DNA of 58,770 nucleotides from a virus (taxonomy: Duplodnaviria > Caudoviricetes), in IMG/VR virus record IMGVR_UViG_3300045999_011096, positions 1 through 58,770 of that record; one strand, given 5' to 3'. Positions within the stretch are counted from its first letter, which is position 1. Each line of letters opens with the position of its first letter. Shown piece by piece: positions 1-10,446 of this stretch. The notes under the pieces are model-generated. The model searched no databases. It was not told where the DNA came from and saw only the letters and a list, made by a program, of their open reading frames with translations. The translations under genes were made by a program, and so were the position numbers.

Positions 1-1
1 T

Positions 2-3000
2 CCTTCAGGCAGTGTGGTGCCACCGCCAGATACATCTACCCCAACCAACGCTGTTCAGCCCGTCACGTCAGACACCGGTGGCGACACAGGCACCGACGCT
101 CCTGTGCGCACCACCGAGCAAACACAGGCCACTAACGGCTACAATGCAAGTGGCAATGCAATAGGGCTTGACGTCAGAGCCGAAGATGGCACACTGTCTA
201 ATCTTAAAAAGAATCCCGATTCAGGTGAGTTGTACGAACCAGCAGGCACACCTGGAAATACTGAGTTAAAAACCAAACCTGGGACACCCACCAGAGATGA
301 TGCTGCCAACAACAGCACTGTTACCAAACAAACTGAAACCAATGTCGCCGTCAACGCACTAAAAATTCAGCCTAGACCCAACACTCTAGATCAATTTGCC
401 AGTTACACCTATTCCATATCCATTTATTTGTTGAGCGCCAATCAATACGAAAGGTTGCTACGTAGCAAAACAAAAAAGATTGATGGCTACTATTTGCTGT
501 TTCAAGACGGCGGCGCACCACTCAACCGTGGTGGTGTCAAACAAGACATGGGCACAAACACAAATATCTCTGCCAGCGACAGCGGCCGCAACCCATTCTT
601 CCCCAACGATTACTACATTGATTCGTTGACACTGGACACCAGCCCCTTGGGCAAGGCCACTGGGGCCAGCCACATGACCGCCTCAATGAAATTGGTTGTG
701 AATGAACCCAATGGCATTACATTGATTGATAATTTGTATTCTGCTGTGGCCAACCTGCAACAAAAAGATGGCAGCGGAAAAGTCAATTATACCGCAGCTG
801 ACTACTTGGCTGTGATAAGATTCTACGGCCAAGGTGCTGACGGAAATCCAGTACAAGTTCGTTCTGCCAGTGGAGCTGTTATTGAAAAGTTTATCCCTTT
901 TAAACTGGCAGCCATCAACTGGAGCATTGGCAGTAAAATGGTCACCTATGAGTGGGACTGTGTGCCACAAGGGCACTTGATTGCAGGCTACACAGCTCGT
1001 GGTGCAATCCCACACGACATGCAACTTACTAGCACCACGGTGGGAAAATTATTAGGCAGCGACATAATTTACACTGGCAATGACACAAGCAGTGCGAACC
1101 CGGGCCAAACTACCACTGCACAAACTTTGTCACCAGATCAAAGTGATGCAGAAACTGCAAGGCTGAATAGACAAGCAGGCAATCCCCCAACACCCCCCAA
1201 GGCCATTGCCGCACCCACTTCTAGAAAAACTGTTACGCAGGGGTTGATGGGCGCTCTCACAGAATTCCAAGAAGAACTAACTAAATCACAAAAAGGCCAA
1301 GCTGAACCAATATTCAATATAGCCGACAGATACTTTATTAGATTTGTTGACGGTATGGGCTATGATGGCAAAGTAATCCCTGCATCATCGATTGAGAATG
1401 CCACTATCACCTTGCCCAACACCAAAATTGACAACGGTCTAGCAGCCTCGGGCAAAAACAATAACACAAAAGATCTTGATCCACTCAAACAATCACGAGA
1501 CAACGTGACCCGCAGTTTTAGTATCACTGCTGGACAAATGATCACTCAGGCCATTGATCTTGCCATTCGCAACAGCAGTTATATCTTAGGTCAAGCTCTG
1601 ACCCGACAAGACAGCGACGGGTTTCAAGTGCCAAATCCTGACAAAAAAAATTCGCCCATGTCATGGTTCAACATCATAATGAATGCTGTTCCACGCCCCG
1701 GTGGCATTGATCCCAGACGCAACGACCATGCATTTGATATCATTTACACAGTGAAACCCTATAGGTTGCAGAATTTCAACAGCAAATATTTTCCGGCCAG
1801 TAGATTTGCCGGAGTACACAAAAGTTATCCCTACTGGTTCACTGGTCAAAATACTGCCGTGGTTGAATATCAAGAAACCATGAATGCACTGTACAATATC
1901 ACCGTGAGTGGTAGCGATCCCAAAAACAGTGCGGCAGCAAAAATACGTGAAGCTGCCACTTCAAGTCTACGAGACATTGCCAAATACAATTATGCTGTCA
2001 CCAGCGGACAAAGCACACAAGGATCGTCAGATACCAGACTCAACGAAGCTGCGGCCAATGCAGCAGACTATCTATTCAGCCCAGGTGACTTGGCCAATGC
2101 CAAGATAAAAATTCTTGGCGATCCTGATTGGATACAACAAGGTAGCTTGTTCAAAGAAATTAAACCAGGCGAACGTCAAGTGGCAGATGTCACTGGGTTT
2201 GAAGAAGACGGTAGTATCAGTTTTGAAACAGGAGATGTGCTGTTTGAAATAGTGTGGCAACGTCCCGAAGACTACGATCTCTCAACTGGAGTAGCGGATC
2301 CCTACAGCGGAGGCTACAGTGGTCGCGCCAATAAACCAAGAGAACCCATTCAAAGCAGGGTTTATCAGGCAGTCAAAGTCATCAGTGAATTCAGACAAGG
2401 CGCATTTTACCAGACCCTTGAAGGCACACTGTATCAATTTCCTCTGCCCAGCAAGAAAAATACTGTGCAAGCATCAAGCAGTCCTGCCACTAGCGATGCC
2501 TTGGACAACCAACGACCAGCAACCACTGGCGCTGGTGCTGGTACTGGTGCTGGTGCTGGTACTGGGAACAATGCAGCAAATCAAAGCCCAGCCACTGCGT
2601 CGCGACTGGGCACAGACCTTCAAACTCGCATACAAAATGATCAGTTCACAGATCCAAGATCGTCGTTGAGTGCCGATGGCGGTACTGCTGCAATACTTGG
2701 AGCACAACAGGCATCCAGCACCAAACCAGTGTTCCGTAACCCGTTAAGCAACGCAGGACTCAGTGCAGACAGTCTAAACACCGAATCGGGTGTGAACATA
2801 AGACCAGCAGGTCCCCCAGCGCCAGCCACAGATGGAACCGGCGGAACAGTGTCACCTCCAGTGTCCACAACTGGACCGCCAAAGTTGCCAGAATCTGGAG
2901 CAACACCAGGACAAGTTGCTGCTGCCTTGAATGCCCAACGAATAGCAGATTTAAGAGCAAGAGCTGCTGGTACAGCACCCAAGTACAGTCCTGTAACTAA

Positions 3001-3037
3001 TCCAGCTGTGCAAAAAATTGCCACCGACGGAGGATAA
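2..3037 (+). CDS. Baseplate hub/tail-associated structural protein, 5'-truncated
   Basis: Frame is open from position 2, so the true start lies upstream of the window. Segments such as RPNTLDQFASYTYSISIY, VNEPNGITLID, KIKILGDPDWI and YQAVKVISEFRQGAFYQTL resemble large-myovirus hub proteins. It sits directly upstream of the gp5-like gene. Confidence 0.6.
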   Translation, partial: PSGSVVPPPDTSTPTNAVQPVTSDTGGDTGTDAPVRTTEQTQATNGYNASGNAIGLDVRAEDGTLSNLKKNPDSGELYEPAGTPGNTELKTKPGTPTRDDAANNSTVTKQTETNVAVNALKIQPRPNTLDQFASYTYSISIYLLSANQYERLLRSKTKKIDGYYLLFQDGGAPLNRGGVKQDMGTNTNISASDSGRNPFFPNDYYIDSLTLDTSPLGKATGASHMTASMKLVVNEPNGITLIDNLYSAVANLQQKDGSGKVNYTAADYLAVIRFYGQGADGNPVQVRSASGAVIEKFIPFKLAAINWSIGSKMVTYEWDCVPQGHLIAGYTARGAIPHDMQLTSTTVGKLLGSDIIYTGNDTSSANPGQTTTAQTLSPDQSDAETARLNRQAGNPPTPPKAIAAPTSRKTVTQGLMGALTEFQEELTKSQKGQAEPIFNIADRYFIRFVDGMGYDGKVIPASSIENATITLPNTKIDNGLAASGKNNNTKDLDPLKQSRDNVTRSFSITAGQMITQAIDLAIRNSSYILGQALTRQDSDGFQVPNPDKKNSPMSWFNIIMNAVPRPGGIDPRRNDHAFDIIYTVKPYRLQNFNSKYFPASRFAGVHKSYPYWFTGQNTAVVEYQETMNALYNITVSGSDPKNSAAAKIREAATSSLRDIAKYNYAVTSGQSTQGSSDTRLNEAAANAADYLFSPGDLANAKIKILGDPDWIQQGSLFKEIKPGERQVADVTGFEEDGSISFETGDVLFEIVWQRPEDYDLSTGVADPYSGGYSGRANKPREPIQSRVYQAVKVISEFRQGAFYQTLEGTLYQFPLPSKKNTVQASSSPATSDALDNQRPATTGAGAGTGAGAGTGNNAANQSPATASRLGTDLQTRIQNDQFTDPRSSLSADGGTAAILGAQQASSTKPVFRNPLSNAGLSADSLNTESGVNIRPAGPPAPATDGTGGTVSPPVSTTGPPKLPESGATPGQVAAALNAQRIADLRARAAGTAPKYSPVTNPAVQKIATDGG
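2531..2566 (+). repeat. Two copies of an 18-bp unit GCTGGTGCTGGTACTGG(T/G) encoding an AGAGTG linker
   Basis: Seen directly; in frame within a low-complexity C-terminal region. Confidence 0.85.
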
Positions 3038-3040
3038 AAC

Positions 3041-4561
3041 ATGGCAGAAAGTGTAGAACGCAGCCGAGGCCGGCCCAGTAATTACAAATTAGATCGAGGC
3101 GGCGTACCCACAGAATTTGGACCGTTTACTGGCGTAGTAATGAGCACAGTTGATCCCACACGTGCCGGAAGATTGCGTGTGTATATTGATGCCTTTGCTG
3201 CTGGCACCGAAGCCAACATGAACGACGAAAGTGCATGGACCACAGTGAGGTACATGCCACCATTTTACGGCTCAACTCCGTTGCCGGGCACAGCCAATAC
3301 CGGCGACAACGGTTCTTATCCTGGCAATCAAAACAGCTACGGCATGTGGTTCACTCCGCCTGACGTGGGAGTCACTGTTATATGCATCTTTGTCAACGGC
3401 GACCGCAGCCAGGGCTACTATATTGGTGTTGTGCCTGATCAAGGTCTAGGCCGCATGGTGCCGGCCATGGCTTCGGTTCCAGTACTGCAAGCAGAAGTAC
3501 AAAATCAAAATCAAGAAACATATTTCATCAACGCTCCGCGTTTGCCTGTCACAGAAATCAACACCAACAACACTGATCTTTTCAACAATCCTAGATTTTT
3601 TGACGGTGTAAAACCAGTACAAAGCGTGGTGGCTCAGGCGTTGTTACAACAAGGCCTAATCAACGACACTGAACGCGGCACCATAAATTCCAGCAGTCAA
3701 CGTGAAAGCCCCAGTGCAGTGTTTGGCATCAGTACTCCGGGTATTCCGATCTATCAGGGCGGCATGAAACCCAATGACATTAGAACCAAACTGAATTCTG
3801 GCGAACTCAAGTCTGGCGACGCCAAAGTAATTGGGCGGGTCGGCGGCCACAGCCTTGTGATGGATGATGGCGATCTTGAAGGCAACAATTCTTTGTTGCG
3901 ACTGCGCACCAGCAAGGGCCACCAGATCACCATGAACGACAGTGGTAATTTTTTCTACATCATACATGCCAACGGACAAACCTGGATTGAATTTGGCGTT
4001 GAAGGCACAGTAGATGTATATGCCACAAACTCTGTCAACGTGCGCACCAAAGGTGATATCAACTTGCATGCAGACCGTGATATCAACATGTTTGCTGGAC
4101 GTTATTTGAAAATGAAAAGCAAAGAAGACATGCAGATTGAAAGCGACACATTCTTGGCCATGCAAGCACAAGAAGATATCACATTGTACAGCAAGAGCAC
4201 AATTGGCGTCAAAGCTGACGGCACACTGACTTTGAACAGCGCATCAGGTTCTTGGGGTGCTGGATCCAGCCTGGCCCTGCAAGCTGGCGGCATCGATCTC
4301 AACGGTCCCGCAGCAGGCACAGTGACCAATCCACAACCCTTGACCACAACACTGTTGGATGACACTGAGTGGGATACCAGCAAGGGATGGATGGTAAAAC
4401 CCGAAGGACTGTCTAGCGTGGTGAGCCGTGCACCCACACACGAGCCCTATCCTTATCACAACAAGGGTGTGGATGTTGAAATTGCCTTTGAAGAAGGCAA
4501 ACCCAGCCCACCACCAGGTGCAGAACCCGTGCCAGCTGGCATAGAGATACAGGCTAGATAA
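3041..4561 (+). CDS. Baseplate central spike, gp5/VgrG-like (OB fold plus beta-helix)
   Basis: OB-fold signature DPTRAGRLRVYI...GMWFTPPDVGVTVICIFVNGD; RTSKGHQITMND; beta-helix-like repeats; GGAGGA RBS upstream. Confidence 0.8.
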   Translation: MAESVERSRGRPSNYKLDRGGVPTEFGPFTGVVMSTVDPTRAGRLRVYIDAFAAGTEANMNDESAWTTVRYMPPFYGSTPLPGTANTGDNGSYPGNQNSYGMWFTPPDVGVTVICIFVNGDRSQGYYIGVVPDQGLGRMVPAMASVPVLQAEVQNQNQETYFINAPRLPVTEINTNNTDLFNNPRFFDGVKPVQSVVAQALLQQGLINDTERGTINSSSQRESPSAVFGISTPGIPIYQGGMKPNDIRTKLNSGELKSGDAKVIGRVGGHSLVMDDGDLEGNNSLLRLRTSKGHQITMNDSGNFFYIIHANGQTWIEFGVEGTVDVYATNSVNVRTKGDINLHADRDINMFAGRYLKMKSKEDMQIESDTFLAMQAQEDITLYSKSTIGVKADGTLTLNSASGSWGAGSSLALQAGGIDLNGPAAGTVTNPQPLTTTLLDDTEWDTSKGWMVKPEGLSSVVSRAPTHEPYPYHNKGVDVEIAFEEGKPSPPPGAEPVPAGIEIQAR

Positions 4562-4562
4562 C

Positions 4563-6527
4563 ATGGCAGAATTTACATTTAACCTCAGCCAACTTGCAAC
4601 TTCTGCCGCAGCCACTGGCAGCAGGATCAACACTGCTATCTTTGCCAAAACACCTGACTCAGAGTTAATCTACAACGGCGATGATTACATAGTATGGGAC
4701 AGAACCAACCAAGAACGTCTGCGTCGCGGCTTGCCGGGTCTGGCCGCAATTGGACTACCTAGACCGCCTGAAGATACATCAGGCACACAGGCCTTGCCCG
4801 CCACAGGAACAACATCAACTCCCTCCACCGAGCAAGCCACAGTGTTTGCAGTCAAAGGGCCACCTGGACTCACAAGAGAACAAGCATTTGAAATTTTCAA
4901 GAAGCAAGTCAACACTGGTGCCTTGGTGGGTTTTAAATCTGGCGACAGTTTATCAGCTGCTACACAGGCAGCTGATGGTCTTGCTTCAGCACAGAGTGCC
5001 CTGCTGCAGGCACAGTCGGGGTTGACAGGTAGTATAGGTGCATTTACAACAAGTTTGTCAGCATCAGGAGTTGATCTCGCAACTGGAAGAATTGCATCAG
5101 TTGACGCAGCATTTGCCAGGGGTGGCATCAATGGCGCTGCTGGATCATTCGTTAATGTAATTGGCAGCTTGCAGCCCGGTCTAGGCGCTGCTGGCGGCGC
5201 AGATCGGGGATCCCTTACTCAAACCGCAGCAGGCTTGACTGCGGCAGTGGGACCAGCTGTGTCGGCCGTGTCTGGCGCGGTGTCATTGATTCCGGGTGCT
5301 GCAGATGCAGGTAAACCCTTGGTCAATGCTGTGGTCACGCAGAGTTCCACAGCCATTGCAGCCATACAAACCATCAACAAGACCATCACAGAGATACCTG
5401 TAACCAACCCAATCAACACTGCTGATTTTACAAAATTTGCCAGCGGTGTCATTGGCACTGGTGCAGTCAGCGGAATCGGACCCATGGGAGTTGCTGAAGT
5501 CAACGGGGTACTAGCACAGGCCAAAAATTTAGTGGCACAGGATGCAGCTGCCATCAGCAACGACAAAGGCCTTGGCACATTTGGACTTGACCTTGCACAA
5601 CTAGAAGCGGCTGGCTATGTCAAGCCAGGTACTAGAGCGTTGGCAGAAAAAGGTGCCAGCTTGTTCTCCACAGTGATCAAAAGTCCTGCAGCCTGGACTG
5701 GCAAGGATGGCATAAAAAGCGCAACAGACCTCTTGAGCAACCCTAGCAAACAAAGTCTCATACAGCAAGATCTTATGACCAAGGGTGTTGCCGACCTGGC
5801 CGCAGTGGGCGTGCCTGTGCAAAATCTATCAAGTCAAGGTATTGCAGGCATGGCCTTGAATGCAGCCAAAGATTTGCCCAGTGCTGAAGCATTTGCCAAA
5901 GGATTGCCCATTCCCGGCGATGCCACAGGGCAAGTTCAAGCAGCATTTTCGAGTGCTGTGCGCGATGGTGCCTTTGCTGTGAATTTGGTTAATACCAAAA
6001 TACCCACAGCTTTTAAACAGCAAGACATTCCGGTACCCCAGGTAGACACAGTTAATCGAGCCACTGTCGATGCTGCCAGCACTCGTGTTGTTGGAGATGA
6101 AAAAGTACCGGTGCCCAGTTATACCACGCCTGCCAATACAGTTGACTACACTTTTTACGTGGACAAAGCCAAAGCATTTATCAATCAACATGTTTTGCCC
6201 TTTGGTGCAAAATTACAGGCTTTGGACTCAAAGTTTGCTGCCTTGCAAAATCAACAAACCATTACTCAAGCTCAGTACAATGCTCTCGGTGCTGAACGCG
6301 ATGCAATTCGCAACGATTACAGCGTCAACGGCATTCCCAAAGGACTAGAATTGGCTCAACTTTTTGATTCTTTACCTGAACTTGACAAGGCCGCGGTCAG
6401 AGCCCTGGGACTCAACATCGGCGAGATTGCCAAGACAGTACAGGCTGCAATAATATATTCAAACCTACAAAAAGAAAGATTGTATGTGCTGAGCCAAAAA
6501 ATTGAAGGGCGCGGAGAGGGTGAATAA
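4563..6527 (+). CDS. Baseplate-associated protein with a degenerate lysozyme-like domain
   Basis: GLGTFGLDLAQLEAAGYVKPG...WTGKDGIKSATDLLSNPSKQ resembles the GxYQF/WTGKDG muramidase-like modules of virion proteins. Ala/Gly-rich; lies between gp5 and gp25. Confidence 0.5.
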   Translation: MAEFTFNLSQLATSAAATGSRINTAIFAKTPDSELIYNGDDYIVWDRTNQERLRRGLPGLAAIGLPRPPEDTSGTQALPATGTTSTPSTEQATVFAVKGPPGLTREQAFEIFKKQVNTGALVGFKSGDSLSAATQAADGLASAQSALLQAQSGLTGSIGAFTTSLSASGVDLATGRIASVDAAFARGGINGAAGSFVNVIGSLQPGLGAAGGADRGSLTQTAAGLTAAVGPAVSAVSGAVSLIPGAADAGKPLVNAVVTQSSTAIAAIQTINKTITEIPVTNPINTADFTKFASGVIGTGAVSGIGPMGVAEVNGVLAQAKNLVAQDAAAISNDKGLGTFGLDLAQLEAAGYVKPGTRALAEKGASLFSTVIKSPAAWTGKDGIKSATDLLSNPSKQSLIQQDLMTKGVADLAAVGVPVQNLSSQGIAGMALNAAKDLPSAEAFAKGLPIPGDATGQVQAAFSSAVRDGAFAVNLVNTKIPTAFKQQDIPVPQVDTVNRATVDAASTRVVGDEKVPVPSYTTPANTVDYTFYVDKAKAFINQHVLPFGAKLQALDSKFAALQNQQTITQAQYNALGAERDAIRNDYSVNGIPKGLELAQLFDSLPELDKAAVRALGLNIGEIAKTVQAAIIYSNLQKERLYVLSQKIEGRGEGE

Positions 6528-6534
6528 CCTTCAA

Positions 6535-6540
6535 TAAATA
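6535..6540 (+). promoter_or_regulatory. Putative late promoter (TAAATA)
   Basis: Intergenic AATAAATA, 4 nt before the gp25 ATG; resembles the T4 late box TATAAATA. Confidence 0.6.
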
Positions 6541-6544
6541 CAGC

Positions 6545-6922
6545 ATGGCACAAACATTCATTGGATTCAACACACAGGGGCAATTTAAAAAGTTCACTCT
6601 TACAGACTTTGAACTGATCAAACGTGACCTGTTGAACGCATTCAACATCCGTCAAGGTCAGCTGCCAGGCCGACCGGCCTATGGCACAGTGCTTTGGGAT
6701 TTTTTGTTTGAAAATCAATTGGAAGAATTACAAAATAGTATAGTGACCGAGGTGCAACGAGTGGCCGGCGGCGACCCAAGAATCTATATCAGTGACACAC
6801 AGGTGTTCCCACAAGAGAACGGCATACTGCTTGAGATTGAACTACAGGTAATACCCAGTGACAATGCTGAACGACTAAGCATCTTCTTTGACTTACAACA
6901 GCGCAGTGCGTCTTACATATAA
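6545..6922 (+). CDS. Baseplate wedge subunit, gp25-like
   Basis: LIKRDLLNAFNIRQGQLPGRPAYGTVLWDFLFE...DPRI pattern, 125 aa, precedes the gp6-like gene. Confidence 0.85.
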   Translation: MAQTFIGFNTQGQFKKFTLTDFELIKRDLLNAFNIRQGQLPGRPAYGTVLWDFLFENQLEELQNSIVTEVQRVAGGDPRIYISDTQVFPQENGILLEIELQVIPSDNAERLSIFFDLQQRSASYI

Positions 6923-6944
6923 ACTAAGCCGTTTTAGAATTCCA

Positions 6945-6950
6945 TAAATA
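6945..6950 (+). promoter_or_regulatory. Putative late promoter (TAAATA)
   Basis: Intergenic CATAAATA upstream of the gp6-like gene. Confidence 0.6.
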
Positions 6951-6969
6951 AAAATAGAGGCTCAGTACA

Positions 6970-9900
6970 ATGGCAAAAACAACTAGACAAACAGCGATAT
7001 TTGGCGTAGAAGATTGGAAACAAATCTATCAAACCTATCGCGAAGCCGATTTTCAAAGTTATGACTTTGAAACTCTACGCAAAAGTTTTGTTGATTATCT
7101 GCGTTTGTATTATCCTGAAACATTCAACGACTACATTGAATCATCAGAATACATTGCACTCCTGGATCTTATTGCATTCATGGGTCAAGCACTGGCCTTC
7201 CGCACAGATTTAAACACACGTGAAAACTACATAGACACGGCCGAGCGTCGTGATTCAGTGGTTCGCTTGGCCAATCTAGTGAGCTATACTGCCAAACGCA
7301 ATATTGCAGCCCAGGGACTATTAAAAGTATTTTCTGTGCAGACCACAGAAAACGTTGTGGACTATCAAGGCATAAATCTCAGCAATGTTACAGTGAACTG
7401 GGCTGACCCAACAAACCCAGACTGGCAAGAACAGTTTACAGCCATCATCAATGCCAGCTTGGTAGACACACAAAAAGTTGGCCGCCCTGGCAATCGTCAA
7501 ACCATACTGGGTGTGAGAACTGACGAATATGGAATAAATTTGGTTCCTGGTTATCTGCCAGTGGTGCCTTACACTGCCACTGTAGATGGAGTAAGCATGC
7601 CGTTTGAGGCCATGTCTTCGACATCTGTGGGCCAAGATTTTGTGTATGAGCCTGCGCCGCAGGCCAATGTACCATTCAACATCTTGTTCCGCAACGATAG
7701 CCTGGGATTTCAAAGTGCCAATACTGGTTATTTCTTTATGTTCAAACAGGGCGTATTGCAAAACCAAGACTTCAACCTAGCAGAAAAAGTCAGCAACCGC
7801 ACAGTGAACATCAATATTGAAGGGGTCAACAACGAAGATCGCTGGTTGTTTCAATTAGACAATGTTGGTAATGTCAGTCGCGAATGGGCTTACACAGAAA
7901 ACATTTACTCTGCTGGTGCAGAACAAATAGGCACAACCTTGCGTCCTATCTATTCGGTGACTTCTAGAACCAATGATCAGATCACCATGGTGTTTGGTGA
8001 CGGCGTGTTCTCTGAAATTCCAGTGGGCACTTTCCGTGCCTATGTGCGTGCCTCAAACGGATTGCAATACATCATCAACCCTGAAGAAATGCAAGCGGTC
8101 ACAATACCCATTAGCTATATCAGTCGCGCTGGCAATCTTGAAACACTCACATTCACCTGTGGTATTACACAACCTGTGAGCAACAGCCAGGCACGTGAGC
8201 CCATTGATGCAATCAAACAACGTGCTCCTGCTAGATACTACACACAGGACCGCATGGTCAACGGTGAAGACTATAATCTTTTTCCTTACACACAATACAA
8301 CTCAATTGTGAAAAGCAAGGCACTTAACCGTGCCAGTATCGGCACCAGTCGTTATCTTGACTTGGTAGACAACACTGGCAAGTATTCTAGCACAAACAGT
8401 TTTGGTACTGATGGCGGCCTTTGGGAACAAAATATTCTTCCTACAATTTTGTTCTCATGGACCAATCGCAATGAAATTGCTGATTTTGTCGGCAACCAAG
8501 TTCAACCGGCCATTGCCGCAGCCACAGAAAGACAGTTTTACTATTCTAACTTTCCTAGAGTGACTGAAAACAGCTTGCCCACATATGGTGGTACCACCTG
8601 GGTCACCGGTGCTTCATGGACTCAAAGTACCACATTGGCCAACGAAACTACTGGATACTTCAAGAACGATGTGTACTCAATTCAATGGCCCACTGGCTCT
8701 CCCATACCAGTAGGTCCCACCACAACCACAGCATTCAAATACGTTGCTGTGGGTAGTTTGATCAAATTTGCAGCGCCTGCTGGATACTACTTTGATCGCA
8801 ACAACAAGTTGCAGCCAGGAACTCCCACAGCCGCAGATCAAAAGCTAGAAATCTGGGCCAGCCCCATCAGCATTGAAGGTTCAGGCTACAACAATGGTCT
8901 TGGTAATCTTCCATCTGGTGCCGGTCCCGTTGCACTCAATAACTTTGTGCCCACAGGTGCCCTGGTTGACACAATTATTCCTTTGTTTATTACTGACCTT
9001 CCGGTATCAGTAGAGCAGGCCATTGCTGAACAAATTTTGTTAAATCGCAATTTTGGTCTTGGATATGACAGCAACGGAGACATCACTGGTACACCTTATT
9101 CGTGGTATCTGATCACCAGTACCAATCTTGCGCAAGACGCCACCTGGAGTCAACAATACGCTGGCAACACATCGGGTACCAATTTGGATGCATCGTGGTT
9201 GATTCAGTTTGTGGTACAAAATCAAAACTACACAGCCACCTTCCGTGGCTTGGCCTACTACTTTGGGTCCGTGTTGCAGACACGTTTCTTCTACTATGAC
9301 GGCGGTCAGATTTACGACAGCCGCACAGGTACAGTGATCAAAGATTTTATCAATGTTTTGGCTGTAAACACCCAGCCAGACAGCACTGATCATTTGCCAG
9401 GAGACATTGTTATGACCATTATTGGGCAACCGGTAGAAAGCGATGGTTATGTTGATGACTTCCAGGTGTTGGTGGGCTACCGCGACAACGACAACGATGG
9501 TGTGCCAGACAATCCAGACTTCTTTGACGAAATTGTTGCTCCCAACACTAACCCCACGCAAAAGTATGTTTACTTACAAAAGACCGTGGACTTTGACAAT
9601 CTACAACGCTATCTTTTGGTTGAACCAGGTCGTGTGGTCAGCGACTATGGTACGTTGACTGAAATTGAATTACAGAAAAGTGCTTGGACTCCTGGGCAAA
9701 TTTTCTATGCTTACACTGATCTTGCGTTCTATGAGTTGTCGGTGACTGTGACCGGAACACGAACATTGATTGATGTCACAGACGAGTGGATTGCCCGCAC
9801 TGGTCGTCAATCTCTATATTATCAATATCGTCACAATGCACCACTGACAACACGTATTGATCCAGGAACCACAAACATCATTGACTTGTATGTGGTAACT

Positions 9901-10446
9901 TTGAGCTATTACACAGCCTATCAAAATTGGATACGAGACACCACTGGCACAGTTCCTGAGCCAGCAGTGCCTACCATTGACGAATTGTCAACTGAATATC
10001 AAGGCTTACAAAATTACAAAATGGTCAGCGATAACATCATTTTGAATTCAGTTGTATTCAAACCACTGTTTGGTGAAAAAGCCGCACAAGAATTGCGTGC
10101 CACAATCAAGGTAATCCGTGCACAAGGTTCTACAGCCAGCACCAGCGAAATCAAGAGCAGTGTGGTGGCTGCAATGAACACTTATTTCAGCATTGACAAA
10201 TGGAATTTTGGAGACACATTCTATTTTTCAGAACTTGCTGCATATTTGCATAGAGAACTTGGAACCATTATCAGTTCAGTAGTGCTGGTACCACTCAACA
10301 GTCAAAAATACTTTGGTGACTTATACGAAATACGTTCAGCCCCCAATGAAATCTTTGTCAACGGTGCTACCATAAACAACATTGAAGTGATTGAAGCATT
10401 GACCAGTACCAACTTGCGTACTGCACCCGGTAGTGGAGTAATTTAA
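6970..10446 (+). CDS. Baseplate wedge subunit, gp6-like
   Basis: T4 gp6-type motifs DFETLRKSFVDYL, TAERRDSVVRLA, FGDGVFSEIP, IKQRAPARYYTQDRMVNGEDY. Confidence 0.85.
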   Translation: MAKTTRQTAIFGVEDWKQIYQTYREADFQSYDFETLRKSFVDYLRLYYPETFNDYIESSEYIALLDLIAFMGQALAFRTDLNTRENYIDTAERRDSVVRLANLVSYTAKRNIAAQGLLKVFSVQTTENVVDYQGINLSNVTVNWADPTNPDWQEQFTAIINASLVDTQKVGRPGNRQTILGVRTDEYGINLVPGYLPVVPYTATVDGVSMPFEAMSSTSVGQDFVYEPAPQANVPFNILFRNDSLGFQSANTGYFFMFKQGVLQNQDFNLAEKVSNRTVNINIEGVNNEDRWLFQLDNVGNVSREWAYTENIYSAGAEQIGTTLRPIYSVTSRTNDQITMVFGDGVFSEIPVGTFRAYVRASNGLQYIINPEEMQAVTIPISYISRAGNLETLTFTCGITQPVSNSQAREPIDAIKQRAPARYYTQDRMVNGEDYNLFPYTQYNSIVKSKALNRASIGTSRYLDLVDNTGKYSSTNSFGTDGGLWEQNILPTILFSWTNRNEIADFVGNQVQPAIAAATERQFYYSNFPRVTENSLPTYGGTTWVTGASWTQSTTLANETTGYFKNDVYSIQWPTGSPIPVGPTTTTAFKYVAVGSLIKFAAPAGYYFDRNNKLQPGTPTAADQKLEIWASPISIEGSGYNNGLGNLPSGAGPVALNNFVPTGALVDTIIPLFITDLPVSVEQAIAEQILLNRNFGLGYDSNGDITGTPYSWYLITSTNLAQDATWSQQYAGNTSGTNLDASWLIQFVVQNQNYTATFRGLAYYFGSVLQTRFFYYDGGQIYDSRTGTVIKDFINVLAVNTQPDSTDHLPGDIVMTIIGQPVESDGYVDDFQVLVGYRDNDNDGVPDNPDFFDEIVAPNTNPTQKYVYLQKTVDFDNLQRYLLVEPGRVVSDYGTLTEIELQKSAWTPGQIFYAYTDLAFYELSVTVTGTRTLIDVTDEWIARTGRQSLYYQYRHNAPLTTRIDPGTTNIIDLYVVTLSYYTAYQNWIRDTTGTVPEPAVPTIDELSTEYQGLQNYKMVSDNIILNSVVFKPLFGEKAAQELRATIKVIRAQGSTASTSEIKSSVVAAMNTYFSIDKWNFGDTFYFSELAAYLHRELGTIISSVVLVPLNSQKYFGDLYEIRSAPNEIFVNGATINNIEVIEALTSTNLRTAPGSGVI

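Noticed and set aside
2531-2566. GAGAGT repeat as a phase-variation locus
   Set aside because: It is an in-frame hexamer-based repeat in a low-complexity linker; slippage would not shift the frame.
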